From positions 107,251,148 to 107,315,147 of the forward strand of contig NC_133621.1 in NCBI RefSeq assembly GCF_048593235.1: 64,000 nucleotides of DNA, read 5' to 3'. A model generated the notes under the pieces. The model had not been told where the DNA came from. It saw nothing but the letters and a program-made list of their open reading frames with translations, and did no database searches. Positions within the stretch are counted from its first letter, which is position 1; the number at the start of each line of letters is the position of its first letter. Positions 22,776-37,212 of the stretch are shown piece after piece. The translations under genes and the position numbers were made by a program. Origin of the DNA: Sminthopsis crassicaudata. Lineage: Eukaryota.

Positions 22776-23529
22776 AGTCGTTACTGCCGGTTTTATCATA
22801 AATTAGTACGTGAAAATGGAAAGCAGAACGCCCGAAATTAATGATTTTGGACTTGTTATTAATGTTTCTTGGTTCCGGATAAATTATTATTTCCTCCTAA
22901 GTTTAGGGAAATGTCATCCTTTTTTCCTTATTAAATTCTTCTTCTCTTTACTTCCTTCTGTCTGGAAGTCTTTACCAAGTTTCCCGGAGACCAGAAACTG
23001 AATCTACTGTTAAAATATTCCAAAAAACAAGACAAAACAGTATTCCAAACTTACTCTGTCAACATAGTTGTACATGGAGGTCCCGAACCCATGCCAGCTC
23101 TGCTGCTTTAGCATAATAGACATAAATACCTCGTATGTTTTGATATAAACATTTCTTTTTCTTGAAAAGTTTTTATTTATGTATTTTGGGTTTTTTTTTA
23201 ACATTGCTACAAATTCCGTTAGTATATGGAGTATAAAACACATAAGAAAAAAAAAAAGAAATAAAATTACTGATCAATACATCAGAAAAGTATGAGAATT
23301 ATGCAATATACCATCTATTGGATCTCTTATCTTTGCAAAGGATGAGAGTCTGCATTTTCATGACTTTATTTTAAACACATCCCATGGATAAGAAACATTC
23401 TTAAAATTCTTAAATTTCTTAAAATTTTCCACAGAGGTTAAAAAGAAAATAGGAGTCATTGTAACTATTTTACCTGGAAAAGCTGGAAGACATATTCCAG
23501 GATTTAAGTTCAAACAGAAGGATAGTGAG

Positions 23530-24800
23530 AAAATTCAATTTAACGTTTATTTATGAAACATTTACATTAAGTTATGTTCTGAGAAAACAAAAAAGGCAGG
23601 TAGAGGGGCACTTGTAGTCCCTGACCTCAAGGAATTTACATTTTCCTGAGGGGTTCCACATGAATCCAAATAAGTACATGCCAGATAATTTCAAGAGCCA
23701 AAGAGTGCTAATAACTGAAAGGACCAAGAAAGTTCTCTTTGAGGAGATGTTACCTGAGCTGTGCTTTGAAGGAAGCTAGGAATTCTAAGGCACTGATGAA
23801 AAGAGACTACATTTGAGATACAAAGGACCATATGTACTATGCATAGACATGTTATATAGAATACTTTGTACAAGAAAGCAGCAAATAGGACAGTTTGACT
23901 GGAATGAAGAATGCATGAAAGAGCATTATGAAATAAAACTGGACAGCTATGTGGGAGCCAAAATTTTGAAGGCTTTAAATGCCAAACAAAGGAGTATTTT
24001 ATTCTAAAGGAAACAGGAAACTACTGAATATTTTTTAGTTAAGGCAAGGATACAAGTAGATATTAATGCATTTACAATGTATCTGGCACAGACATATAGA
24101 AGTGACATTGAAAGAATATAAATTTGACAGCTAAGTGAATAATAGATTGTGGAGGAGAGGAACTAAAGGCAAAGAAACAAATTAGGATACTATAACAATG
24201 GTCCAGTTGAGAAAATGAAAGTTGAAAGGAAAGGGAAGGCTGTGTGAGTTAAATGTATGAAAATATGAAGGCAGAATCATCAGTCATTCAAGGGAAAGGG
24301 AAGGAATCAAAGATGATTCAAAAGGTTGTAAATGAAGGTGACAAGAAATATAGTGGTGCCATCAATAGAAAAATGATTGTTTAGGAAGAAGCAAGTGTTG
24401 GAAAAAATATGAGTTCCCTTTTACACATGTTTAGTTTAAAATGCTTACAGAATAACCAAATGAAGCTAGCTTAACACCAAACAATACAACAAAGAGATTA
24501 AGGCTAAATTAAATAGATTTAGAAGTCACCTGCATAGAGATGATAATTAAATCCATAATAGCTAATATGATCACCAAGAGAAAGTGTAGAAAGTAAAGGC
24601 CCAGGATAGAAGCCTTTAGAAATTTATTCTTTGTGATCACTGAAGAAGAGGATGGGCCAGCAAAAGAGAACAGTCAGAAAAGTAGGGGAAAAAAAAAGAA
24701 AAAAAGAGCAGTGTAGAAAACAGGAAAGGAGTGTCCAGGAGAGAAAAATCTATAGTGGTTTAAAATTTTACAATTTACAATAAAGATTAAGTTGAATGAG
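23530..24800 (-). mobile_element. L2 LINE 3' region, degraded
   Basis: Purine-rich reverse-complement L2 text (gaaggctttaaatgccaaacaaaggagt; agtcacctgcatagagatgataatt). Confidence 0.6.
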
Positions 24801-25519
24801 ACCCAAGAAAAATCTGTCTTTGTATTTCCATGCACTTGGTATAGTGCCTGATCTATGCTAGTGCTTAATTAATACTTGTCTGTTGATTGGTTTAGTAATT
24901 AACAGACAACTGAAAATTTTGGAGTGAGAATTATCATGTGAGTATTGTGGACAGAAACTGATTGTAAAGACATTGAGAAATGAATAGCAGGAAATGAAGA
25001 AATAGAACCAATGAGTTTAAACAAAGCTTTGTAGCAATTTGGCTAGGAAGAAAGAGAAGTTGGGTTGCATTTAATTAAATCACATAGTACAAACATAACA
25101 GCTTTATATATTTAAAAGATGTTAGCATTCAAAGAGGAATCCAATCAGTTTAACAAACACCTACTTAAGGACTTACAAGGAGTAAGAGTATGCTAGAGTA
25201 CTGAGCATACTAAAACAAAAATCAAATGTCTATGCCCTCAAGGAAGCTTACAAAGAAGTTTCTACTTCTAGGCTAGAAAGAGGAAGGGGTGGGGGGTAGT
25301 AAACAAAGAAAGATGTCCTAGAAAATATAAGACTAAAGTTGTGTTGTAAGAATAGAACATTGGGGAAAAAAAATTGTTAATTAAAAAAAAAACAAAAAAA
25401 AAAAACATGGATGGAGAGGTTGATTTGAAGTGATAACAAGGAAAGCTATCCTGGAAAATGTAAGGCTAATGTGCTGTAAGGAAAGTATGACTGCATCAAA
25501 ACAGACATCAAAGAGGAAA

Positions 25520-25750
25520 CAACTAGATGGCTCTGTGAATAGAGCATTGAGCCTGGAGTTAGGAAGACTTGAATTCAAGTTCAGACTCAAACACATTCTA
25601 GCTCTGTTGACCCTGGATGAGTCACTTAATCTCTATTTGCCTTAATCCATTGGAGATGGAAATGACAAGCCACTTCAGGATCTTTACTAAGAATATCCCA
25701 GGAACACTATGGTCCATAGGCTCATGAAGAGCCAGATAGGACTAAATAAT
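25520..25750 (+). mobile_element. MAR1-type SINE
   Basis: Head, CORE and ccattggagatggaaatgacaagccac tail. Confidence 0.65.
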
Positions 25751-28388
25751 AGATATCAAAGAAAGGAATATGGCATAGTGGCCAGAGTTCTCAACCTGGG
25801 TTCAAATTTTCCCTCTGATGCATAGCAGATTGTGACTGTGGTCCAATCACTTAATGTTTCTTGAAAATTTATCTAAATTATAAGTGGTTGCCATCTGATC
25901 TATGAAGTTCACCAAACTATGAAATCACAGCTCCTTGATGAGTTAATATAATAGATATGTATGAGAAGAAAAGAAGCATAGAGAAAGGCACACTTAGCAT
26001 GAGCAAAAATATAGAGAATAAAATTAGAGCAAATCCTACTTAGCATCTAACCCAAAGTCCCTTCATATTATAGGTGACTCAATTAATTGAGTAGCTGCTG
26101 TTAGAAAAGCCAGGTTTAGAACCCAGGTCTTCTGTTTGGTGTCCTTAAATAGAAAATTTTGGATCATTTTCCCCCTACACCATAGCTGCCATCTTTATTA
26201 GAGAATAAATTCATCCTGATTCCCCCAAACAACTCAATATATTTACTCCTGTTTGCTCCCAAAAGGCCTCAAAACAGACTAAATCTTAGTTTCTCTGGAC
26301 TTGTTTTAAGTTTGAAATTACCTTAAATGAATCTTAGAGCTGAAATGTATTTATAGTACAATAAAAGAATGGAGTGTCTTCCTATTTTAATATAATACCA
26401 CAGTAGCATGAGAAATTATAATTGCATGCCAAGTACATGAAATCATCATTGTATAAAGACCAAACTATACATAGAAAATATGAAACAATCCTAATATTCA
26501 CACCCAGTAAAATTATTACATCCAAAACTTTAAGGACTTATATAGCATTTTGGTACAGCACTAGAAGATTGAGATCCTGCAGTTTTATATATATATATGA
26601 TCACTCACAATTTAAACAATATGAATTCCTGAACCTCTAGTCCTAATATATATGTACTTTCTACAGAAATGTACAATGATTGCTTTTAAATTTCTCTTAG
26701 CACTCTCCCCCCCCATCAATGCCCAGATCTGCCACTTGGGGCTGCAGTTATGCTCAAACATACACTAAAATGCTAATTAGAAACTTGAAAGTGGTCTTAC
26801 ACTTTATAACAAAATCCTTCCTATTCATTAATCCTCTAATTGTATCATCAGTATAGACTTCCTGTCTACTTTCCAAACTCCAGCTTTCCTTATATCTCTT
26901 GTATTCATATTATTAGATCTTTTTGCAAATACCTCTTACAATTTTTACTTCCAGTTCTCATTTCTATTTAACTTAGCCCTACCTGCTATAGATCTAACTA
27001 CTATTCAAACGATTTGTACTAGTCTTTCACTGTGCCCTCTGAAATTTTTAATATTGTAAGCTTCTAAACATCTTCAAACTTGGCCTTTGCAGTGAATGAT
27101 TCTTTCCTATCTTTACCTGAATCAAACCTAGTTCTTGTCTCTGATCATGATCTCCTATGCTTTCAACTCTACCTCTACCTGACACTTCTTAAATCTAAAC
27201 TTTCATCTTCAACAGGAACAATAATATGAATTTCTATTTTCCTAGTCCTTCATAAATAATCTTAACTTCACTTTCCTCCTTTCATCTCGACTCTTTAACA
27301 GTAGCATTTCAAAGAATTCATCCATTAAACTTTTGAATTTACAGGGAAAGTTGAGTCTGTTTTTGCTCACTACTCCATCCTGAGTATCTCATTGAGAAGA
27401 GAAAAGATCTTCCTAAGATACAGTGACTAGGGCTGCCACCAAAATAAACTGGTTAATTTTCAACAACTCTGAGTTCCTTCTAGAAGAGGGACTACCAAAA
27501 TATTAATTGGTTGGCTTGGGCTCTTTGGAAGGTTGGCTCCTCTTATTAGAGGAGAGATTCATTCATTGCCCCACAAAGGGAATCTTAAGAGATTTTTAAA
27601 AACTTTTTTCCCTTTTATCTTTCTCCTTTAGAGATCCTGAGAGTGCAGCAGTTGGGAGATTCTCTATGTCCAAAGCTATTAATAGCTACTTGAAATAGAC
27701 AAAGATGCCACAACCAGTTTACGTGGGTTCCACCTTTTAATCAACCTTAAGCTCTTTCAGTGAAGGGAAATGGATCATTTTCCTTCATTCTACCTTCTTT
27801 TTCACCTACTCCCATACTTCTGAGTACCACTGAAGAAAATCATACATACAACACCAAGATGATTGACCAATACAAATTCATGTTACCTAACCTTAATGGA
27901 CCCGAGTTCTCTGTCAATCCTTCCTACAGTAGTTTTTCCAAACCTTTTCCTCTCTCCTCAAGAACTTAACAACACCCCTAATTACTTGTTTCTCAGTAAT
28001 TACTCAACTTTCTGATTGAAAAAAAAAAATTGAGGCTCTCCAGTACAACTTGCCTCATTCATCCTAGTCTGCACTTCAGAATCCGTATTTCATACTTACT
28101 TAATCCTCCTTTACTTTTGACTCTAAAAAGTAATGCTTCTTTTTTAAAGTTTTTTTTCAATTAATGAAAATCCATCGTCTCTCTCTCTCCTTTTGTTCCC
28201 ATTCCCCTTATCACTGAAAAACATATGCAGTCAAGAAAAGCAAAAGGTACATGTCTAAATCTATACTCTGAGTCCATCATTCGTTAAGATGTAGGAAGTA
28301 AATTTTATCATCATCATCATAGCTAACATTTATGTAACACCTACTATGTGCCAGGCACTGTACTAAGCAATTTACAAATATTATCTCA

Positions 28389-29002
28389 ATGAACAATTTG
28401 GAATTGTGCCCAAAGGGCTATACAACGGTGCATACCTTTTGACCTAGCAGTGCCATTATTGGGCATGTATCCCAAGAAAATCATAAAGGAGAAAAAAGGA
28501 CCCCCATGTGCAAAAATGTTTGTAGCAGCTCTTTTTGTGATAGCAAACAATTGGAAAATGAGTAGGTGCCTGTCAATTGGGGAATGGCTGAACAAGTTGT
28601 GATATATGAAGGTAATGGAATATTATTCTATAAAAAATGATGAACAAGCTGATTATAGAAAGGTCTGGAAAGATTTACATAAACTGATACTGAGCGAAAC
28701 AAGTAGGACCAGGAATACATTGATCAACTATGAAAGAGTTGGTTCTTTTCAGGGATTCCATGATCCAAATAAATCACAATAGACTCTAGACAGAAAATGA
28801 CATCTGCATCCAGAAAAACTATGGAGACTGAATGTAAATCAACACATGCTATGTTCACTTCTTTTTTTCTGGTTTTTTTTTTTTCTCCCATGATTTTTCC
28901 CTTTTACTCTGATTTTTGTCTCCCAACATGATTCATAAAACAATGTATAAGAAAAATAAATAAATGTAACAAAGATTAAAATAAAAAAGACAAAAAAAAC
29001 CC
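28389..29002 (+). mobile_element. L1 3' fragment inserted in a MIR
   Basis: ORF2 C-terminus and 3' UTR; perfect 15-bp TSD acaaatattatctca at 28374-28388 and 29003-29017. Confidence 0.88.
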
Positions 29003-30639
29003 ACAAATATTATCTCATTTACTACACATTCACTTCTCAGACCCTTTTAATCAAGCTTCTTATCACACTTCTGTAATAAAACTGTTTTCTCCAATGTTAC
29101 CAATAATCTAGTAACTAAATTCTCTGTAGTTTTAGAGCCCTGGTCATCCCCTTCTCCTAGATAGTTACTCTCTTAGCTTCAGTGATAGTGCCAAGTCCTA
29201 TCTGGACTCTCTGAATATAATGTCTTTCTCTACTTCATTTCAATCTTTTTACCCACATTGCCACAATAATTAGCCTAACGTACAGAAATATAAATTATGT
29301 AGATAATTCCAAGGCTGGTTGTACTAAATAGCTAATGAGACTTAGCAAAAATAAGATAGGATACATTGCCCTAAATTCCCCTTAGCATCCTTCTGGAACA
29401 CCAAAGGCTATATGAGAAGCTCCTACTATATCCTCAATTAAGAAAAGAAAGAAGGCCAAAGGTTGATGAATTCTAATCACCTAGGAAAGACTTGAAAATC
29501 ACTTGAAATCTACTGCCACAGCAGTATATTATGCTCATGAATGTTATTAGTGCTATCTAGCTTTGAGCATCCTGTGGCAGTTTTCAACTGCAGTTCACTG
29601 AATATTTTTAAATGAACATTTAATAACGGCTTAAGTAGTAATAGACACACTGATTTAAAATGCTAAAATTAGATATCAAATTAATATTGCTTCAGGAAAC
29701 ATCAAAGTTGCCATTTTACATGACTTTTGAGAATTTTCATTTCCAACCATAAAATTGTATTAAAAGTGAGCACTGCAAAATGATAAAATAAGCAATTATT
29801 TTTGCATTTAATAAAAAAAACCATGATTACTACATTAAAATGTTGTTGCTCCTGGGCTTTTAAAAATTAACTCTACATCATACCTAGCACAAGGCTAGGT
29901 ACTTAGTAGTTTTTTTATGATGATGTTAGAAATCCTTGATTATTATAGCTTCCTGAGGCTAGGGGAGACCTTAAACATACTCCCAAGCCCATTCCTTTAC
30001 CTTCAGACATAAGGCATTTTATAATGTATACAAGAAAGGCAACTCCTTTTTAAATATTATGGTTAGTATGTGAAAGACAAAAGCATCCAACTACTTAGAG
30101 TATAAACAGAAATTGGGAGAAGGTAAAAGGCTTTTTTTGTAATCATGATTAGCTTTGTTTTGACGGAATTAAAAAACCCTAATCTAGGTGGAAATATTTT
30201 AGTACATTCAAGATAGTTACCATAACAGGAGGGTATACTATTGGTAATCCCCATGCAACCTAAGAAAAAGATGAATCAAAAATCTGTTATTGTGCAACCA
30301 ACACTGGGAAAGAAATATTTTGGTTATGAAGATAGGTTCTTGGGATAGAAATATTACCAGAATATAAAAGGACAATGCACCAAGGCACTGAAATTTAATG
30401 GAATAGCATTAAAGTTTAGAAGCAAGAAACCGGATCAAAGTGCTACTTTTCACACTTATTAGCTGTGTGACCATTGATACTCATACATAATTTCTCTAAA
30501 ACTTAGTTTCCTCATTGACAAAATAAAGATAATGATATTTATACTACCTACCTCAGAGTACAGAAAGAGCAGTTCATAAATTCTAAAATATATACATACA
30601 CATCATCTTATATAATTATCTAGTAGAAATGCATTATGA

Positions 30640-30845
30640 AATCCTGATGCAATCATTTGTCTTGCCTGACTCTTTGTGAACTCCATTTTGGGGTTTTCTT
30701 GGCAAAAACACTGGGGTGATTTGTCAGTTGCTTTTCTGATTTATTACATAGATGACAAAGAGGAGTAAGTGACTGAGGTTGGATTTGAACTCATGAAGAT
30801 TAAGTCTTTCTGATCCCAAGCTCTATCCATAAATGTCACCTAGCA
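30640..30845 (-). mobile_element. MAR1-type SINE
   Basis: ccattttggggttttcttggcaaaaacactgg; ggttggatttgaactc. Confidence 0.65.
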
Positions 30846-31654
30846 GAACAATATAGTTGTTACTAAGAATATCAAGTATGCATTGATAGGCTAGTGATTC
30901 ATTTTCTTTCTCACTCCCTCCCATCGGTGCTCTTTTCCTCTCAACAACCCTATGAAATAGGTGCTATTGTTACCATCATCTCTCTCTCTGTCTCTATCTT
31001 TGTCTCTTTCTCTTAGACCATCTACATATTCTTGATGTTTGTGTCATTCTGAACTTAGAGGAAGTAATAAAAGAGAACAGTTACTTGAAACATACCTATG
31101 ACCAACAAGGAGGGACTAACTGGGAGGGAGAAAATGAGTGAAATTCAGAAGGCAGTAGTCATAACACAAACTGATTACAGTAATAATAATGCCATAGTCA
31201 TTCAAGTTTAATTTAATTTTGATGAGTTTGAGGATAAGATAAATAAGGTTCCATGATCTGTGACTATAAGAGAAAATTTACCTAAAGAGAATTATTGGAT
31301 GCTCAAAAAGTTAAATTCTGACAAAAAAAATAACAAATGCATTTATTGGAAAATAGTCTACAAAAACTTGCAGGATTTAAAGGAGTTCCTTGATGAGCTC
31401 AAACAGATACAAAAAGAGGGAAGTGTGAGGCAGATAAATGAGAATAAATTAAAAAATAATAGAACAATACTCTTAATAATATCAAGACCATTATGACTTC
31501 TGGCTTCTGATAAATATAATAGGGGAAAAAACTTGAAAAATCATTATATACTACAAATCAGAGCTTGATTTTTATTGTTTTGTTAATTATCTGGATTTTT
31601 AAAAGTGATAGAGACTGTGTTATTAATAATAATGCATATACATAGACACATATG

Positions 31655-32405
31655 CTGCCAGCTGGCACAGTGGATAGAATAGCAAGCCTGGAGTTAGGAA
31701 GACCTGAGTTTAAATCTGTTTTCAGATACTTTCTAGCTATGTGACCCTGGGCAAGTCAATTTTGACTGTTTTTCATCCATAAATTGATCTGGAGAAGAAA
31801 ATGGCAAACAACTCTAATACCTTTGTCAAGAAAATGTCAGGTGGGAGGGTGATTTCAGAAAGGCCTGGCAAGACTTACATGAATTGATGCTAAGTGAAGT
31901 GAGTAGAATCAAGAGAACATAATACACAGCAACAACAAGATTATGTGAGGATCAACTGTGATGAGCTTGGCTCTTTTCAATAATGAGGTGATTCAGGCCA
32001 GACTTGTGATGGAGAGAACCATCTGCATCCAGAGAGAGGACTATGGAGACGGAAGATGGATCACAACATAGTAGTTTTACCTTTTTTGTTGTTTTTTATT
32101 TGCTTGTTTTGTCTTTCTCATTTTGTTCCCATTTTGATTTGATTTTATCTTGTGCAGCATGATAAATGTAGAAATGTATTTAGAAGAATTATACATGTGT
32201 AACCTATATTGGATTACTTGCTATCTAGGGAAGGGGTAGTAGAGAGGGAGGGAGGGAGGGAGGAAAAATTTTAGAACACAAGGCTTTGCAAGAATATAAA
32301 AAATTATCTTCACATGTATTTTGAAAAATAAAAAGCTATTTTTAAAAATGCCAAATGGGGTCAAAAAGAGTCTGACATGACTGAAATGACTGAAATGACT
32401 GAACT
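31655..32405 (+). mobile_element. MAR1 SINE split by an L1 3' fragment (about 31839-32350)
   Basis: MAR1 ...tcaagaaaatg | L1 3' UTR | aaaatg ccaaatggggtc...gactgaac; short TSD aaaatg. Confidence 0.75.
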
Positions 32406-32477
32406 ATATATATAATGTGTTCATATTTATGTGTATGTATATATATATATATGTAAATGAATGAACATACATATATA

Positions 32478-32951
32478 TGTATAAGAGAAATTATTTTTAA
32501 TGACCAATATTTGGGAAGATTCAGATTTCCCCGAATTTATTCTCATTTCAAGTCTCTGAAGGCTGAGCTAACCTTCTCATCTAATCAGACTCTGCCCAGG
32601 TAGAGAAGTCATTGTGCTCTACTCAGGTTTGGGTGGGAATCTTTAAATAGATTTCCCAAGGCTGGGGGAGTAACTTAGAAGCAAATGACATAATCAAAAT
32701 ACAAACTTTATTTCCAAAGTTCAAAAGCAGCACCTCACTGCAATATTCATTCTCTCCTTAATTGTTAATCAATCACAGTTGATTGTTTTCCTTGGAAATA
32801 CCCCTTTTCCAATGGGCATATAAGCCACGAGCTGGCCACAATGATTATCTTTGGTCTAAGAGAGATACACCCTTTTATTAAAATACTAGCATTATTAATG
32901 AAATGATTAAATTACCAATAAATTATGTCTCTAATCTTTTTAATCACCACA
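32478..32951 (+). mobile_element. Solo ERV LTR (474 bp) within a (TA)n tract
   Basis: TG...CA ends, ccaat and catataa, aataaa near the 3' end, tatata on both flanks. Confidence 0.6.
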
Positions 32952-33335
32952 TATATATATGTACATACATTTCCTAAACATTTACCAACTCTCCACTGAC
33001 AAAAATGCATGAGAAATGAGAAAAATAGTAAGAAAGTACCAGGCTGACATCAATGAGTTGAAGATACCTAGTTCTGACACACAACATTTAAGGGAAACAA
33101 AAGAAATTGGTGTGAATGCTGAACAACTATGTACCATAGGTCTAGAAATGGACAATAGATGTTTCCATTTTTAAAAAGAGGAAGAGAATGAAGACCTTAA
33201 GTTCTAGGCTGGCTATATGGACATCTCTTCTTTGTAAAATTCTTTACTAAAAGGATAGCAAGATAATCGATACTTTGGTTCATTAAGCCCCAGTTATGCT
33301 ATACTGAATTTATTTTATTTTTCAATAGGATTGCA

Positions 33336-33487
33336 GGGCAGCTAGATGGTGCAATGGATAGAGCACCAGCCCTGAAGCCAGGAGACCTGAATTTAACTCC
33401 AGCCTTAGGCACTTAATAATCCCAACTGTGTGATCCTAGACAAGTCACTTAACTCAAATTGCCTCACAAACAAAACAAACAAAAAAA
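33336..33487 (+). mobile_element. WSINE1-like SINE
   Basis: gggcagctagatggtgcaatggatagagcaccagccctgaag...; A-rich tail. Confidence 0.85.
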
Positions 33488-34429
33488 GAAATCATCTAGT
33501 TTAACAAGATTATTATACTGTTAGATCAGGAAATATTATAGACAAAGTATACTGTGATTTCATCGAGATATTTGACAAAGTCATAATATTGGATGACCAT
33601 ATATTTAGGTAGATTCTGAACTGGTTGAATGGCAATGATAATTTTCAGATCAACCCCATGAGGCAATAGTTTTTTCTCAACAGAGGTTTTCAAATAGAAA
33701 TAGAACTACTTCCTAGGGATATTGTAGAAGAGATTCTTAGTGAAGTCCAAGTTCAATGGTCTTTGAAGTACCTTCCAAAGATGAAATTCTGTAATGCCTG
33801 CTAAAGTAGAGGCAAACAAATTTGAGCCAGCAAGTATTATGAATGGATAAGCAAAAAAAATTAGTTTCAAGAATGTATACTTAGCAAAGCACTAAGCAAA
33901 CATTTGGTCCAGAAAGCTGGAAAATGATACTGATCATATTAGGTTGACATTAAGGCATACTTTAGAAGAGGAGCTTATCAGGTCTACAATTTGCCTTGGT
34001 ATCCTGGAGAATCACAATAAAAATTGTGGAACTTAAAACTTTCTATCCAATTATCTTCTGTCTCTGCAACTTAATTAAATCAATACATTGGAAAGAGCAT
34101 GTCAATCAATTCCCCTATCACTCAAGTCACCATCCCTATTAAACCATAATAGCCCATTCTGTTTGTCAGTCACTCATTGGTAGGTATTGGCTCTGCCTGT
34201 TAGAATTAAGTTCACTGAGGGAATGTTTTGACTTTATATTTGTATCCCTAGCACTTACCACACTGCATAATAATAATTTTAAGTATAAAACACTTAATAA
34301 ACGCTTTTCATTCTTTATAGTCCTGAGTTGCTGGGTTGAAATCCCATCTCTGACATATAACATCATTGTGACGTAGGTAAGTCATTTAATCTCCCTTGAG
34401 CCTTAAGCTTTCTCAACTTTTAATAATAT

Positions 34430-34846
34430 TGTAGTGTTAGAATTCTTACAAGGTGCTAAGTTACTGGAATTGATAGAGACAATGATTATGTACTTAGGAC
34501 TTATTAGAGTTCACACCTTTAAGAGAGCATATATAAGGAGAAGCCCACAAGCCCACTCTTGGATGCGGAGACAGATTCATTCCAATTTCCACCTTTGTGC
34601 TGGCTGGAGGCTGTAGCTGGCAGAAACAAAGGACTAGTGGCAAGAGCTCTTGGAACCAAGGAGAGAGATAGGCCTCTATTAAAGCTAACTGGGCCCCAGA
34701 AAAAGATTCAAGACTTTGAAGGAAAAAATAAAGGATCTGAACTTTAGCTCCTGGCTGCATTTGAGGTGATTATTGAACTGAACTAAAACTAAGGCTGCTC
34801 CCAGAAGCTCCCCAGAGAACATTAAATTTTAGAGAAGAACTTTACA
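34430..34846 (+). mobile_element. Solo ERV LTR inserted in a MIR
   Basis: tgtagtg...tttaca ends, catatataagg TATA, aataaa at about 34728; resembles a remembered dasyurid LTR. Confidence 0.72.
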
Positions 34847-35199
34847 CTGTAGTAATACCTCAGAGGATTAAGGGCTTTTTAAAAGGCTCAAATTATATAA
34901 TACATGCAAAATACTTTACAAACTTTAAATTATCATCTATTTGCTATTATCATCTTTTGTAAATTATTCCATACATCTCTGGTACGGCCACCTTGGAGGA
35001 CTGTCATTTTTTTTTTTTTTACCTCAGTTTGTACTAGCCAACTTACATCTGCTCAGTCAGTCTCACTCTAATTGTAAACTTCTATTCTTAAAGGAAGCAT
35101 GATTAGTGAGTTCTCTCAGTGAGCTAAAAGAGCAAAGAGGTCTCTGTGTCAATCCAAAGGGACAGCCAGATTCAGAACTACACAATGGTGTCTATATTC

Positions 35200-36950
35200 A
35201 TATTAATTGTGGGAGAATAATAGAAGCACAGAAATTAAAACATGGGAGAGACTTTAAGAGATATCTAGTCCAACCCATATTCAATAACTAATTAGTATTA
35301 TAACATATGCAAAGTAGTCATTTAATATTTACCTGAAGATGTCCTATGAAAATGAACCAATTATTTTCTGAGGGAGTATATTCCATTTCTAAATGTCTCT
35401 AATTATTGGAAATTCACATTAAGTTTAAATGTGCATCTTTGTGATTTACCCTCTTGCTCCTAATTTTTTCTTCTGGGGCAAAGCAGAATAAATATTTTTC
35501 TTCCGAAACATAGCTTTTCAAATATATAAATATAACTATTATGTGTGTCCTGATGCTCTTCCCTCTCTTATTCACCATTTCCCCTACCCCAATTTTCTTT
35601 TTTCCAGGGCAAATTTTCCCCATTTCCTTCAACAGGTTCTCATCTGGCATGGACTTGAGGTCTTCTACTAGTCTATTTGCCTTATTCTAAATAGTCTCCA
35701 GTATTAATGTCTTTTCTAAAATTTGATGACTAGAATTGAATATGACAATCCAAATGAAGTCTGAGACTACCTCCTTATTCTTAGAAGATATGACTCTCTT
35801 AATGTGACTTAAGCTTGAATTAACTATTTTTGCCTGTCATGTCATGTTGTTGGATTAATACTGTGCTTGTAAGATCCTATAAATTCCTTTTCCAAATAAA
35901 CTGCTATTTAATCACATTTACTCCTCCTTAAACTTGTGCAGTTGATTTAACCAACAAATCTAAAACTTTGCATTTAATTCTTATTATATTTCATTTTATT
36001 AGATTGATCCCAAATTGTTCTAGCTTGTCAAGATAATTTTTAATTCTATCTTCCAGTGTTTTAGCTATCCTTACTAGGTCTGTCATTTGCAAATTTTATG
36101 ACTATAACATCTGTGCCTTAATCCCTTCATACAAAATGTTAAATGGCACAGGACCATTCTTGGAGTATTACAAAGGAGATTTCCTTCCAATTTGACAGAA
36201 GCACTAATGACTATTCTTTGAGTTTGGCCATTTAACCTGTCCCAAATGCATCTAATTATGCAGAGGAATAGTTCACATTTATCCATCTTTTGTAGAAAAT
36301 ATTGTTCTTGTGGAAGAATAGGATAAGACAATTTAGCAAACATTTTGTTAAAATTGAACTAAACTATGGGTATACCATTTACATGATTTACCTGGTTACA
36401 TACCTTATTTTAAAATAGTAGGTTATTATTCTCACATGACATATCCTTGAATTCATACTATGTCATTGCCATATCTACTTCCTTTTCTAGATTTTAAGTT
36501 TCCTTAAAATTTAAATCAAGTCTACTGGCCTAGAATCTATAGATTACAATCTATTCCCCTTTTGAAAAATTGGTACATTTGTCTTTCTCCAAATCTAAAG
36601 TCCCTCTCCCCTACAATCTCAAATATTACTCTTTAGTGGTTCAGCAACAACTATATTCAGAATCTAGCTTCTGACCTGAAAGATGTGGGTTCATTAAATT
36701 TCTCCTTAATGACCATCTTTGTAAAATTTAGTACTTCATATACTAACAGTCTCTGTTTCTAGGAAAAGATTGCTTTCATTTTTTTCCAGAGCAAAAAGCC
36801 TAAGTTCTAAATATTCAGGCCTTGTAGCTTTTGGTATGGTAGAGAGATGAACCAGTACTGAAACAAAGACATGCAACATGCTAACATTTGCATTACAGCT
36901 TTCCAAGATGTTTTCTTTCCAAAAAGGGATCCATCTGGTAGCAGACATCT
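35200..36950 (-). mobile_element. CR1/L3 fragments
   Basis: tcatttgcaaattttatgactataacatctgtgcc is the reverse complement of the L3 RT region. Confidence 0.55.
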
Positions 36951-37212
36951 ACTTTACTTCATCCAAGCTTCTCTTATGATAAATCTGTTTTAGTACTTTT
37001 TGTTAAGCTCCCATGGTACTTTATTTTCCAAATTTCTTAATTCAATGAAATTCATCATTTCTGAAATGTCTATTATGTGTTGGGAATTCCAAAGATATAA
37101 AAGCAAAAAATAAATAATTCTTATCTTCAAGGCAGAGCGACACAACAAAGAAATGTATAAAACAAGGCAGTAATAAAGGAGGCAAGAAAGGTTCAGAGAA
37201 AGTATTCTAGGA

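Larger units (their letters stand above)
22060..22790 (-). promoter_or_regulatory. CpG-island promoter of NUP205
   Basis: The only GC/CpG-rich segment in the window; spans exon 1; GC boxes (CCGCCC at about 22645 and 22741); YY1-like CAAGATGGC over the start codon. Confidence 0.9.
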
